Shown here: positions 13,000-24,896 of the stretch, one piece after another
Layout of the letters: every line of letters begins with the position of its first letter
Numbering within the stretch: the first letter of the stretch is position 1
Source: Ophelia neglecta
Lineage: Eukaryota
DNA length: 64,000 nucleotides
NCBI GenBank assembly: GCA_965285935.1
Contig: OZ260664.1
Coordinates: 50,840,001-50,904,000, forward strand
Reading direction: 5' to 3'
Notes under the pieces: generated by a model
The model's database searches: none
Told to the model about the DNA's origin: nothing
What the model saw: only the letters and a program-made list of their open reading frames with translations
Made by a program: the position numbers and the translations under genes

Positions 13000-14137
13000 G
13001 AGGGCAGCAATGCCAACGTTAAGGAGTTTAAAAGATATGAGTTTGATAAAAATGCCTTGTCAAAGCAGGCTGAGGAGAAGGACGGGAAAACAGTTGACTG
13101 TTGATGTATGGATGAACAGAACCAAGTCGAATAGAGTCCTGCTGATCGGAAATAAAACAGCAATGGAATCAAATGCAAGGTCAAGAACAAAGACAAGGAA
13201 AGCAGAGCCAAGGGCATGCGAAGGAACAGAAGCAATATGTCTATGCAGATTTGTACCATATGACAGGTATATACCCAGGAGCAAAGCCAGCAGGAAAGCA
13301 TTAACAAGGTATACAATGGCAACACCGGTATCAGAAGAGACAAGTAGACAGGGGCAGAAACAGCAGGAGCTGTTAGAGCTGTTGTAGTTAGACGAGGCGA
13401 GTATGTCTCGATTCACGAGAAATGATACTTATTAAAATAACAAAAAACCATGGGAAAAGGAAAGAAGGTACACGATGGCAGTCGTATAACCTAACAAGGA
13501 GCACGTGTATAGTTTAGGAGCAGGGTTAGGGGTAAGAGCAAGGACATGAAAATGAGAACTCGGAGAAGGAGCAAGAGCACGGGTATGAATAGTAATAAGG
13601 GTAGGACAGGTAAAGGATTGGGGACAAGAACCTTGTGTGGGATTATGAAAAAGAACAGAATAAAGAAGTAAGAGAAGCAGCAGAAGGGCCAATCGCAGGA
13701 AAAAAAAACGGGAGCGGGAAAGAGGAAGGCCCATGAGAAGGGGCAAGAGGAAGAGCAGGATCAGGAACAAGACAGATGGCCGGAGTATGATGTGGGAAAG
13801 GGAGAAAAACAAGGGTAAGGAGCTTGGTATTGGGGAGCGGGGTGGAGGTGGGGAGCAGGAGATAAATCATAGGCACGGAGAAGGAGAAAGAACATGAGCA
13901 TTGGCAACTACAGGAAATGGGAGCAACATAAAGGGGGACAATGAGAAAGAAAGAGAAGGGAAGAGAAAAGGGTAGAAGCAAGAGTGAGTGAAGGGTCACA
14001 AGGAAGAGCAAGAGCATGAAAAGGGGCACGGTCAAGGTAATTTGGAGCGGGAGGAGTAAGACCAAGAGGAGGAACAAGAGTAGGAATAGAAAAAAAAGAA
14101 AGAAAGAAAGAAAGAAAGAAAATAAGAAAGAAAGAAA
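13000..14137 (+). repeat. Purine-rich low-complexity tract, decayed (GARCAR)n hexamer repeat ending in a (GAAA)n microsatellite
   Basis: Strong A/G strand bias. Six-nt periodicity is visible, e.g. GGGCAA GAGGAA GAGCAG GATCAG GAACAA at about 13741. GAAA run at about 14098-14137. The left boundary is approximate. Confidence 0.7.
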
Positions 14138-16289
14138 TTTTTCAGGAGAAAACTGACAGAGGCCACCTAGATAAGACAGAAAGAAACAGCGCACTGATGT
14201 ACGTACGTTTTAGGGGGCATAGGAGAAAGCATGTACGTTGCTGAGTTATTTTCGATTATACCGTACTGCTAAACTAATACATACAAACTTGTACTTTCAA
14301 GATCAATCCACTTAAATATTTACTAAAAGAAAACACTCTTATTGTATTGATAGTCCCACTCATCGACACGACTTGCCTAGATCAACATGTAGAAACCTGT
14401 TCTGTAAAGACGTTTTATTAATTGCGACCATATGTAATTTGGTTGGGTGACACAACTTCTCGTGGCCAGTGGCCTGGAGTGGCTGGGGAGAGAGCGGCTC
14501 GTCGAATGTCACGTCTCTCCGTGCCGAGACATCCCCTGGTAGGCCTGGGCCCTGGAGGAGCTAGCCACCGCCAACCAGCTAATTGATGCTCTCACTTCCC
14601 AGATGAGTCCTCTCAATTATCTCCAATACTCAAAACCCGCTTGATTTAATGTTTAAATACGTGAATTCAATCACCATATAGACTCTTTTTACAGTCCACT
14701 CATTACTACAATGATCGAGGGTCCATGAATGACGTGTTGTAGAACGTCTAGGCAGTTTTATTTCGAACAATGCAGTACAATAAGATCATCCACTATCTCA
14801 TGGAAACGCCGAAGTCAATCATTGTCTACAACAACGGATCTTTGTTGTGTCATCAATCATAAATATTGCATTAGGCCTAACCTAAGCTTAGGAGCTCACT
14901 CAAAATAAGACTGAAGCCAAAATGTTTAAAAAAATGTATTTTTACTTTACCTTGTTGATTAAGTCCTTTTATTAATCTGAAGTTAATCGGCTGGCTTTAA
15001 AAGAGTTATGCACGGAAGTGCGTCAATTGACATGACATGCGCGATTCTCACGTCGTTCTACAGCCGATGCATTATAATAGCAACTTCAATTATAGAACAT
15101 ACATGTATATACTGATTTTACGAGCCAGTTTCCATCTGGATCGTTGAGAGGACAAGGATATGAATGAATTAGATACATTTTTGTCATTGGAATAGTAATT
15201 GTCTTACATGAAATTAGTCAAATACTTTGCGACACTTGAAATGTCTCAACACGGCACACCTGCGATAAAGTTAAACACCGATTTGCTGGTAAACCTTTCT
15301 CCGCGAGACTTGTAATGACGGAAGATCAACGTCAAGACTCTCGCAACAAGCTATACAAGCTCCTTCAGACGAGTACTTCTAACCCCAGTAATAGATCACA
15401 CAAAATGGATGACTCACGGGGACATTAGGGGGTAAAACATAAAGCTGCTATGTAACCAGTTATTGCTTAGAGTGACTATAGATCTTGCTCCATTATACAA
15501 GTATTTCAGATCTATAAACAATCTGTATTATGTCTATATTTTGAAATCATAATTTTTAACCAAACCATTGAATAGACTTTCAGGACGTCTACGCATGCGT
15601 ATGCAAATCAATAAAGAGGAATTTAGACAATTTGAAAATTTGAAAATTAAAAAAACGGGAACAGCCACCTTCAACATAGGAAGAAAATGGTATTTTTATT
15701 TTTTGTTTTAGTTTAAGAGGATTACAATTTTTACTTGTTCTCTGTCTGCAGTAAATTAACAAAGATGCATGGTTACAACATACACAGCATTCGTTGGTTT
15801 GACTTGATAGTTTGAACGTGCTATTGTCATAAAAAGTCAGTTAGAATTTACTAGAAAAAATAGGCGAGGTATGCAAAAGGTTTTATACAAACGGCTGAGA
15901 CACTCATTACAATAGCAAATGTACAATAGCTAACGATATCTATTGTTACAAAAAGAAAACCTGGCCCACTGTAGGTGTATTTGGTTGAAAGAGTCTGATG
16001 ACGACACATTTAACTTACTCGGTGTGACCAGCACTAGGTGTTGTTCAGATATAGTACTGTACTCTAAAACTGTCAAGCCGTGGCTTGCTCGATATCATTT
16101 GTAGAACGTGATTGTAGAGTTTGCAGAAACCTTCCCTGGTCTCTGAAAACATTTACTGAACCTAAGGCATATTGTTTACTGTCGAAACATTTGATTTTTC
16201 TGATGGCAGGGGTTGGCTGATTTCATCGCTGTAATGTGATTGGATTGGGAAAGGTTTCGATTTTTGATTGTATAGATAATGTACTGGTG

Positions 16290-16770
16290 TGGTCAGCGGC
16301 GTGAGAACCATCGCCATCTTCAGCGAGGCGGACGAACTCTATAAGAAGCGGCTAGGCGACTCTCGCTGGGAATCTTAAACATGACGAGTCGGCAGATCTG
16401 GTTTCAGCAGGTAGATTTTACCTGGCTATTTGACAGCGATAGTTTGTCCGGCTAGCGCCCACCTTCGACCCACCCGATCGCCCAGCTTCGACCCATGACA
16501 CTTACCTATACCTCGCTAACCCGCCAAACATCACGAAGCACAGTTTGTCTTTTGCGAATCTGACTTCCGACGCGGTCGACCAATCGGCGCGCGCCTTTTG
16601 CCGGACTGGCCATCGGTAAAAAGTGACACGGTCTGGCCGAGAGGAAGGGCCGTGCCTCGTCCAGCCCAAACCCTGACAGGCGGGAACGCAAGAGAGTTGT
16701 TCTGACGCAGCTAATTTACCACGAACTAGACAACAATCTGCGAGGGAGGCACGTCGTCGAAGGTAAGACG
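16290..16770. promoter_or_regulatory. CpG/GC-rich promoter-like island, possibly bidirectional
   Basis: High CpG density relative to flanks. ETS-type GACTTCCG (16562-16569), CCAAT (16580-16584) and palindrome GGCGCGCGCC (16586-16595). Plus-strand donor AAG|GTAAGA at 16762/16763 and minus-strand donor TAG|GTAAGT at 16506/16505. Confidence 0.45.
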
Positions 16771-19700
16771 AAACTTATCTGGTTTGACACACAGCTCCAA
16801 TCTGTGAGCTAACTGATCGTGATTTTTTCATCTTATCACGTCGCTAGAATGCGATTTGCTCAAATTAGCTAATTTGTCGACGAAAGCCACGATTTTAACG
16901 ACACATCACGGCTCATGCAAATGTTTATGATCGGATTTATCACGATTTCTAACGATATTCTGGAGGCTTAACCATATAACGATTTTCTATGATGTATTTT
17001 GTCAGCATCCTTCAGCGCAAAAATCACCAGCGAGAACAAACCTCTTTTGCTCTTCTTTAAAAAAAATGGAAATTTGCGCCCTTTTTTGTCTTCTTCTGGA
17101 ACAACACCCACGAACACTTAGAGTTTGTTGACCTACCGTCAGTTATGGACATTATATAATTCTGGCACGTTCCCCACACGCACAAGGCTGGGTAAAGCCC
17201 GAAATACTCACATGTGGCATAATTATCGTTTGCTTATGTAAATCGGACATAGGCAGTTATGGACATCGGTAATTAGCATTGTGCGCCTACCTGTGGGGGT
17301 CGGCAACTCTCTCGTCTGCCCGCTGAGAGGGGTCGCTTCACCCCCGCCAAAACCTCCCTGACCGCCAGACCAAGGCTCATTAAAATCTGACATTATGCCA
17401 AATGAATTAACTGGTGATTTGCGGGTTGACACTGCAATGAAAAAGATATGATAATGGGGCACGGGCCGAGCGTGTCTTACAATAACCCCTCCGCATTATA
17501 CTTAGTCGACTCCGAAAAACGTCTCGTGTTCACCGACACCGTAATGAGCTGTTACGCTGAAGTGGTCGGTGCTTTTACGGGCACGAGACCGATGAATTTA
17601 ATTCTGCCAACTACAGAGTTTCGATAATTAAGCTATTGGTGTTGTGGAGTGGTAAAATAGATATTTTGGAGTGGATTGCGGGGTTAGGTGACACGTTGTC
17701 GGGTTAGAAAGGGCAGTGGACACGGAGTGGCAGACGATCCGCGGCCGTGATGACACACAAATATCAAGGATTACCTGGTGTATATACAGGGATAGAAAGT
17801 GCATCTGTCGGTAGAATTTGCTTTTGGGAACCCGCAAAATTTACATCACCAATTTTGATTGTTTTCCGCTGCCTTTTGCCCGCCATTAAATATATTGGTC
17901 AGCAGACGGCAAATTTTTGCGCACAAAGGAAAGATAGAACAGACGCGTTGCCTTCTTCAACAGCAATCTCACGAACATTTTGAATTTTGATCGCCAACAA
18001 GCCCTCTCTTGTCAGCGAGAGGTGAAAGTTCGTTCCAAACTAAACTCTCCTCTCTTCAGGCGCAAATTTCGTTTTCAAACTACAAGAGCCCCAATATGCT
18101 ATCACCAAATGGAGGTGGGCGAACTCTATTTTCTGCCAAAAACTTTTTCAAGCGGGGTCATCGAAGAGAATTGGAGATACATGCCGCATTGAATAACACT
18201 GCGGTTTGAACACTTACAGGGTGTTGTGCCTTTCACATTGTGTTAAAGGCCACGTAAATTGAAATGACCCAACAGTTTGGTACGGTGTTCATCGTTTACA
18301 TACAGAGTATACCGAGTGTCCCACTCCGCAGAATAAAACATCAGCCTGGTAGAAAAGAAACTGGACAAGGTCTTATAAAATTCCACATGAGTGCTAAATA
18401 TAATTAAACATATTAGGCCTATAGTAAAGGTAATACTGCTTTGTTCATGCATCTCGTGCTAGAAAAAACATGATTTGACTGAATATAACGGATGTTGTCC
18501 ACCGTGTAATTATTCTCTTTTTTTTCTATATTTTGGGAGAAGCTATATAAATGAATGAAATCGCTGTAGAAAGCATATTTGAATTATTCATAAAGATTTC
18601 ACATGAAGTTTAGCATTCATACATCCGCATCCAAAATTGGCACATTTGGCCTTTTTTTTAGACAGTGGAACCATTTCTTCAGTATACACCAACTCTGTAC
18701 TAGTCTGATGTTAAACCAGTCTTCATTCTTTTAGGTCTATATAATGAATGACTTTTAAAAATAGTATGAATATGATAACGGGGTGATAAAAGCACCCACA
18801 CTTCAATTCAAATAGATAATGACAATGGTACATGAAAAAGATAATTTAGTAAGATAAAAATGGTTCTTGATAAAGACAATTAATAAATACGAACACAAAA
18901 AAAGGAACAAGGAGAATTCAGATTAGTTTTTCTATTGAAGCTCATATATAGGCGATCTCGGCCAGATCTTTTCATTCATCCGTGGCCTACGTTTGAAACT
19001 ATTTTCTATTATCTAGATTATGCGCCATCACGCGTCGTTTCTTCAATTTAAATCAAATAGAATCATGGTTTGGAGGGGTTGATTGTCATCAAATAAAGCT
19101 GGGACAACGCAGATGACCCAATCATTTGCATAAAATATTACAGTGGGACTAGGCTTCAGAACTATCAGATATCTAGTAGAGGAAGCATCCATTTCACGTG
19201 TAGTTTGACTGTTGGTAGATCGCGTTTCGATTATTTCCTCCCCCACGCGTTGGTTTGCTTGCCCTGGGCCGATGACGCCAACCGGCAATGGATATCATTC
19301 TCCGTGTATATGTTTAGTAAATACCCTTTAGCTTGCTCCATTGATCTGGCCATATCTTGCGGCCAGATAGATTTACCTTGGCAGCCCACCTCCATTTTTT
19401 CCGGCTGTAAGTCGGGCTCTTTGTCTGCAACAAGGCTGGAACTGACCACAAACACTTTTACGAGCCAATTCTTGGAACAATTTCAATTTTTGTGTATTTA
19501 TTTTGACAGAATCTTAGGTCTGACCTTATTTTTAAGGGACAAAAACAGTGAACCAGAAGAATATAAAATACTTTAGTCGGCTGTTTCGGTAGGCCCTATA
19601 CAATGAAAACAGAAGAAAAAAATATGGCCTCTCCGTACTAAAAAAAACTTTTGCCATTTTGTTGATGTAAATAGGTCTCCCCCATTTAAAGTTTCGCCAG

Positions 19701-22700
19701 GCAAAGATGAGTTAGCCTATAGGTTATATATGTTCATTTGTTTAATGTAAGAAAACATTTGATGTTCTCTGGCGAATAAGAATTTTATAAATTATCTCTT
19801 TTTAAAAACGTACTTAAATCTTCAAACTATTCGTTTTTTTTTTACATTTTGCCAACTATAATTTGTGGTAAGCAGTTATCCAAAATGCTACAGGGTTTTG
19901 CCGCTATCTTCGTCTCCTATGTAGGTAAACCAGTTCTGATTTCCTAAATGGTTAATTTCTGGATATTCGTATATACCATGCATTCCGTGTAAACTGACCA
20001 GTGATATATAGTCAGGAAATATGTGTCCCGTATATACATTTATAATAAGCACAGATCCATTTTTTTATTACTTCATGTTAACTTTTGAGATCTAATAATA
20101 ACATTCATCTTGCAAAATATGTCCCCAGCGTTAGATATGTCATATGTTATAGCAATTTTTAAGAAATGTTTAAGAATTTTATAAGAAACTAGTTCTAATG
20201 TCAGGCAGGCTTGTAATATATCGCTATAAAGTTAAGAATAAAGGCAAGAATAAAACTCTGAAGATCTTTTCAATTGGGTAAATCCCCTTTTAGATGACCT
20301 TTAAAATCTTGCTATGCAGAGACCTATTTTATTTTACTATGAAGCACTTTCACCTCAGAGCATACATCTTCTGGGTTAACCTGTGTGTAAATCTGTTCAT
20401 CCCCCAGCTATAAAATATTTATATGAACTCCTATTCAACCTTGTGCAAATTTATCAGCAGTGTTTTTACGCGCAAGAAATTGGCTATTATTTTCCCTGGT
20501 CCTAAAATAAAATCGTATAGACCCTATGGAGTAAGAAAATGTACTCCCAGATCAATACAAATTGTTTCGTTTTTATTAGCAAAGCCCTTCACAAGCTCGG
20601 GGCATGATCCCACATCAAAATATTCCACATAAAGCCATGGTTTTCGAAGGCCCGTGTGTGTTTTCACCTTGACTGAAAGTCTCGCAATTATCCACATTTG
20701 CGCAACTGCATTGCGACCTTTTTTTATGGAGGAACGTGGTATTCACTGAACCCTGCGACGGCAAAACTGCATGCTTCCGAGCTGTGTACAGACATGATGG
20801 GTATTATCGAGGCATAATAGCCAGTCGCCGGGGAAACTTTTCACAGATCCAAGCGATCGTGCGAATGCTTAGAAATCAGTGCGAAATATTCACCAAAATG
20901 TCACAATCTACACTCCGCAGTGCCTAGTCCAAGGGGAAGCAAGTATATCAGTTTAGTTTGTGCCTTGGAATGGAAGAGACATGTTCTTGTTATCGAATTG
21001 GATTTATTCTGGTGAATCTTGATATTTTTCCGGGTTTAACTTTTGAATTTAAACGGATTAAACTTGTGCGTTGATGAGGTCATGGCTGGTAGGTTCAATT
21101 TGTATTTTGAACTTTACATAAAGACAAGTTTGAAGGTTATTTTACCCATCGGGTGTATTCTTTTTTAATTAACAACTAATTAACACGGCAGTTCTTACAA
21201 ATTTTAATTTTAGAATCTCGGCTCATTCTTTTTCCGTTTAAACTTTCCTGATGAAGATAGTGCATGGACTACGAGAGCACTCAACATGAGAATCGGCCAT
21301 CTTGGTATTAAATCTTTTTTCCATGCAGAAACTCAGGTCACTTCCACAAACTCTTGACTCTCGAGGAGGCGGAACATAAAAAAAATAATATGACTGCTTT
21401 CATGTCCGGTAGTTAGAATATTTAGCTCGCAATTTTCTGAGTTCTTTGGGACGCAAGCAAGTTTTTTTTACTGGGACAACCCCCATATAAACAGATTACA
21501 TATAGGACATTTTGAATGATGAGATTTGGAAAATAAACATACAAATATATTTACTTTGAGATAGGACCGTCAAATATCAAAAGAATAAATAATCACTTTT
21601 AAACTAAATTGTCTATTAGGCCTATAAGACAAAGTTTAAGGCTAATGGATGAGATTTAAATATCATTAAAACTGACGTTAATATTTGTCTATAAACTGCA
21701 GGTATATTGTATTAACAATAAACCAATAATTGGGAAGGCGTAAGCATGACAACGGTCGAACATATGATCAATAAAATTTATGGTTTTTTTCATCGGCTGA
21801 TCAACAGTTTTTGGGACAGAAAGCAGGGAATGCAGATTACGAGACAGATGGTCTTTTCTGGTCAAAACTATATATGATAACGGAACTCTCCATAATTTGC
21901 TGTTGAGCAAAGTGTCAAACTGTGGATATCATTCATCAGAAAACGCTTCGTAAATTTGAATAAGCTTCAACAATTAGTCTCCAGTTTCGAACTGTGGTGA
22001 TTCTAATTTCCATATTAAAATCATCACGATCATTTCAAGTTAATAACAATAGACCTCTAAACTGTGAACACTGTGTCGAATGGCATCCCCGGCTAAACGA
22101 TATCGACAAAAAGAGAAATAGTTTCACATGTTCAAATATAGTCAACACCTGAGTTTGTTAAATTTGCCTACCATTATATACACAGATGCCAGAGAGATGA
22201 CGCGCCGATTATTGATCTAACCAATAATCGTTTTATTACAAATTTGGGGCTATGAGAAAATTATAGAAATTTCCTAAATTGCATGGCGAATTAGATTGGT
22301 TATTCAGGTTTACTATATCGCGTATTAGGCTTTATAAATATAGCCTACAAGATTATTAATTAAATTAAATGAAATCCGTTGGCCATAAATGATATTTCAA
22401 TAAAATTACATAAACGTGTAGAAAATATATAACTATTTTTTTTTCATGCAAATACAACAGACCCATACCTGTAAGTAGCTGTTTATGGCAAAATGGTAGG
22501 ACCTCAAACCTCTTTCATTTTTATTTTGAAATTTAAATAATACTTTTAGCTGAATGAATGTTGCTAGTAGACTAGAATATACTGGGCGGGCAACTGAAAT
22601 TAAGTTGAGTGCAAATAGTTGTTCATAAAAACGTCCCTTTCTTTAGTTTAACCTTTAATTAATAAGTTTAAGTCAGCATTCTGCGAGATAAGCAATCGGC

Positions 22701-24540
22701 CTCCCTTTTAAAATGAGATATAGGTAAATTCGTTACTGTTAATTATCTCGGAAAAAGATTATGTCCCCTTTTAAATTAACGTTATAAGTTGTCTAAAATT
22801 AAAATAGTAATTTTGTTTGAAAAACGTCATTCGTGTATAGCTCTGACAAAAGTGTTCCTTCTAGTCGTCACTAACAATTATATTGAAACGAACTACATGT
22901 ACAAATATTAAGTTTCAAACATGCTTGTTATTTGGAATTAAACTTGGGGAAAGTGTTATGGAAATATAGGGCCTCATGTAAGAAAGTCGAAGCTTCAAAA
23001 AGTTGCACTCGCAACTTTGTAAGTTACAGGATGAATTGACCAGTGGCTGTGTTTCAATATATTTGGAAATTTGGCTTAAATCCTGTTGAGTTTTTTTTTC
23101 GTGTGTCCTAGTTTGACAGAGATAAAATTTCCTTGGCGCCTGCTACTTACTGGTTCTTTTCAAATCTTATGCTTCAAAATGAGTTCAAAAGAAAGATAAT
23201 CAAAATGATATCAAATGAATGAATTGTTAGTGGCGTTAAATCTCCATCAACCATTTTAAGTTTTCACGTTGCCCTTGCCTTTAAAGAATCACCATTTTCA
23301 AAGTGTGTCCGATGTCCCGCGGCAAGGCTATGAAGACAAGAAATAAATCTGTATGCAGACATGTGTCTCATTATATTATCTTTATATTGTATTATCTTTA
23401 TATCGTTCTGCTGGCCATACAAATCATATCAAGAAACGCGATTGAGCTACAGATTGGTTCATCGTGAGCGTTAATTAAAGTGAAAAATCCCGCGTTGGAA
23501 ATGGAGGCGTTGTCATTATTTTATAGGCAATTCAGTGATACTTTTTTAAAAAGTTGAAATTATCGAGGCCAGCGAAAACATACAGCAGGCCTATAATTAC
23601 AGAGATGTTTGTGATTCTTTTAAACGGAACACTTTGTCAAACTAGCTTTTTTCGGACAAGGTATTCTTTTTCAAATACTTAGTTCACTTCGATGCTAAAG
23701 AGCATCGGTGGAGGGATATTTTCTATAATTGAGCCTTTCCATGTAGAATATAAAAACTATTATTACTTTAGGCCAGGTCTAGTTTTCAGTTTTTCAATCT
23801 GAAAAATGTCCTTCTTCCTAGACTGTTTAACGGCCGGTTAGGTTTAGGTAAACCGCCGTGGCAACGGGTAAGAAAATAATATTATAGATAGTGTACACAC
23901 TCCCAGGTCCTGTACTTGGGAACCGCCGTGCAGATGTACATCATGTAGCATCACAAAAGCGTCTAATATATAATAGTATCTTGATATACTATATTTATAA
24001 GCATGTATACGATGATGTTTGCTATTAGAAAACGAATTTTTTGTACGTTTTTATTTCATTTGATTAACTATATCCAGCGCAACCGCCAGTCTTTTTAGAA
24101 CTGAAAGGAAAATATGGAGAAAGAAATGCGTTAACGTTATATTAAAATTGGGTTATATTCTTATTTGATATAACTAATTGGCCGAAACAAGATCACCTAT
24201 TTAATTTCAATCGGCAAACTATTTTCTTTAAACACGTTTCGCATCTTTACGAATTGGTTGATATGGAATAAATTTTGCGATATTAATTTTCATATGAGCA
24301 AAATTTCCGCCATCAGTGTTTATATTATAAATATCTAATACAGATCTAAAACATTGGCTCGAGATGTAGACCTGAAGTTACACTGATCGTTTGCCTATTC
24401 ACCATCGTATCGATCATTCGCCGCGCACAAACCATTTTCCTTGGAAGAGAAATAAGTTTTAAGTAAACTAAATTACACATGTATAAACCCGTAGCCTGCA
24501 CTCCAGATAAACAGGAGGACATGTGATAGTTTCTATATTT

Positions 24541-24896
24541 GAAAAGTACCCCTTTTTCCACTGATTTCTGGACAAAAACTCGCCCTTTTTCGGGAAAACG
24601 CTGATTTCTTCATCTTAATAACACCGTTTAAAAAAATAAAACTGCCTCTTTCAAAGTAACTGTTCATTAGTAAGTAATAAAAATGCGTAATTATTTCTTA
24701 GACCTGGTGATTCCATCAGAGAAAAAACAAATTAACATTATGAAAACAACTATGAACACCTTCTGGCCAACCATTGCCTGTTGTAATCAGGTTGAAAAAT
24801 ACCCCTTTTTTTCAATTTCGGTAAATCTGTTTGAAAAAAAGACAAATTGTCAGGTTTACGCGAAATGCGAAGTGAGGAAAAATACCATTTTTCACG
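24541..24896. repeat. Degenerate repeat remnant with recurring AAAA(N)TACCCCTTTTT motifs (possible MITE relic)
   Basis: gaaaagtacccctttttc (24541), aaaaactcgccctttttc (about 24574), gaaaaataccccttttt (24794), gaaaaataccatttttc (24877). No TIR or TSD found. Confidence 0.3.

Noticed and set aside
12981-14194. Long - strand ORFs (118-183 aa) that look like membrane proteins
   Set aside because: They are by-products of the purine-rich tract, whose pyrimidine strand lacks stops. No recognisable domain.
16345-16410. Peptide EAARRLSLGILNMTSRQIWFQQ resembling homeodomain helix 2-3 (LNLTERQVKIWFQN)
   Set aside because: It needs two gaps, lacks the invariant Asn51 and basic tail, and has an in-frame stop just upstream with no helix 1. 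Most likely coincidence.
21248-21280. Hammerhead-like CTGATGA-AG-ATAGT...ACTAC-GAGA
   Set aside because: The core GAAA is GAGA, and no stem I/III or cleavage triplet could be built. At best a dead relic.
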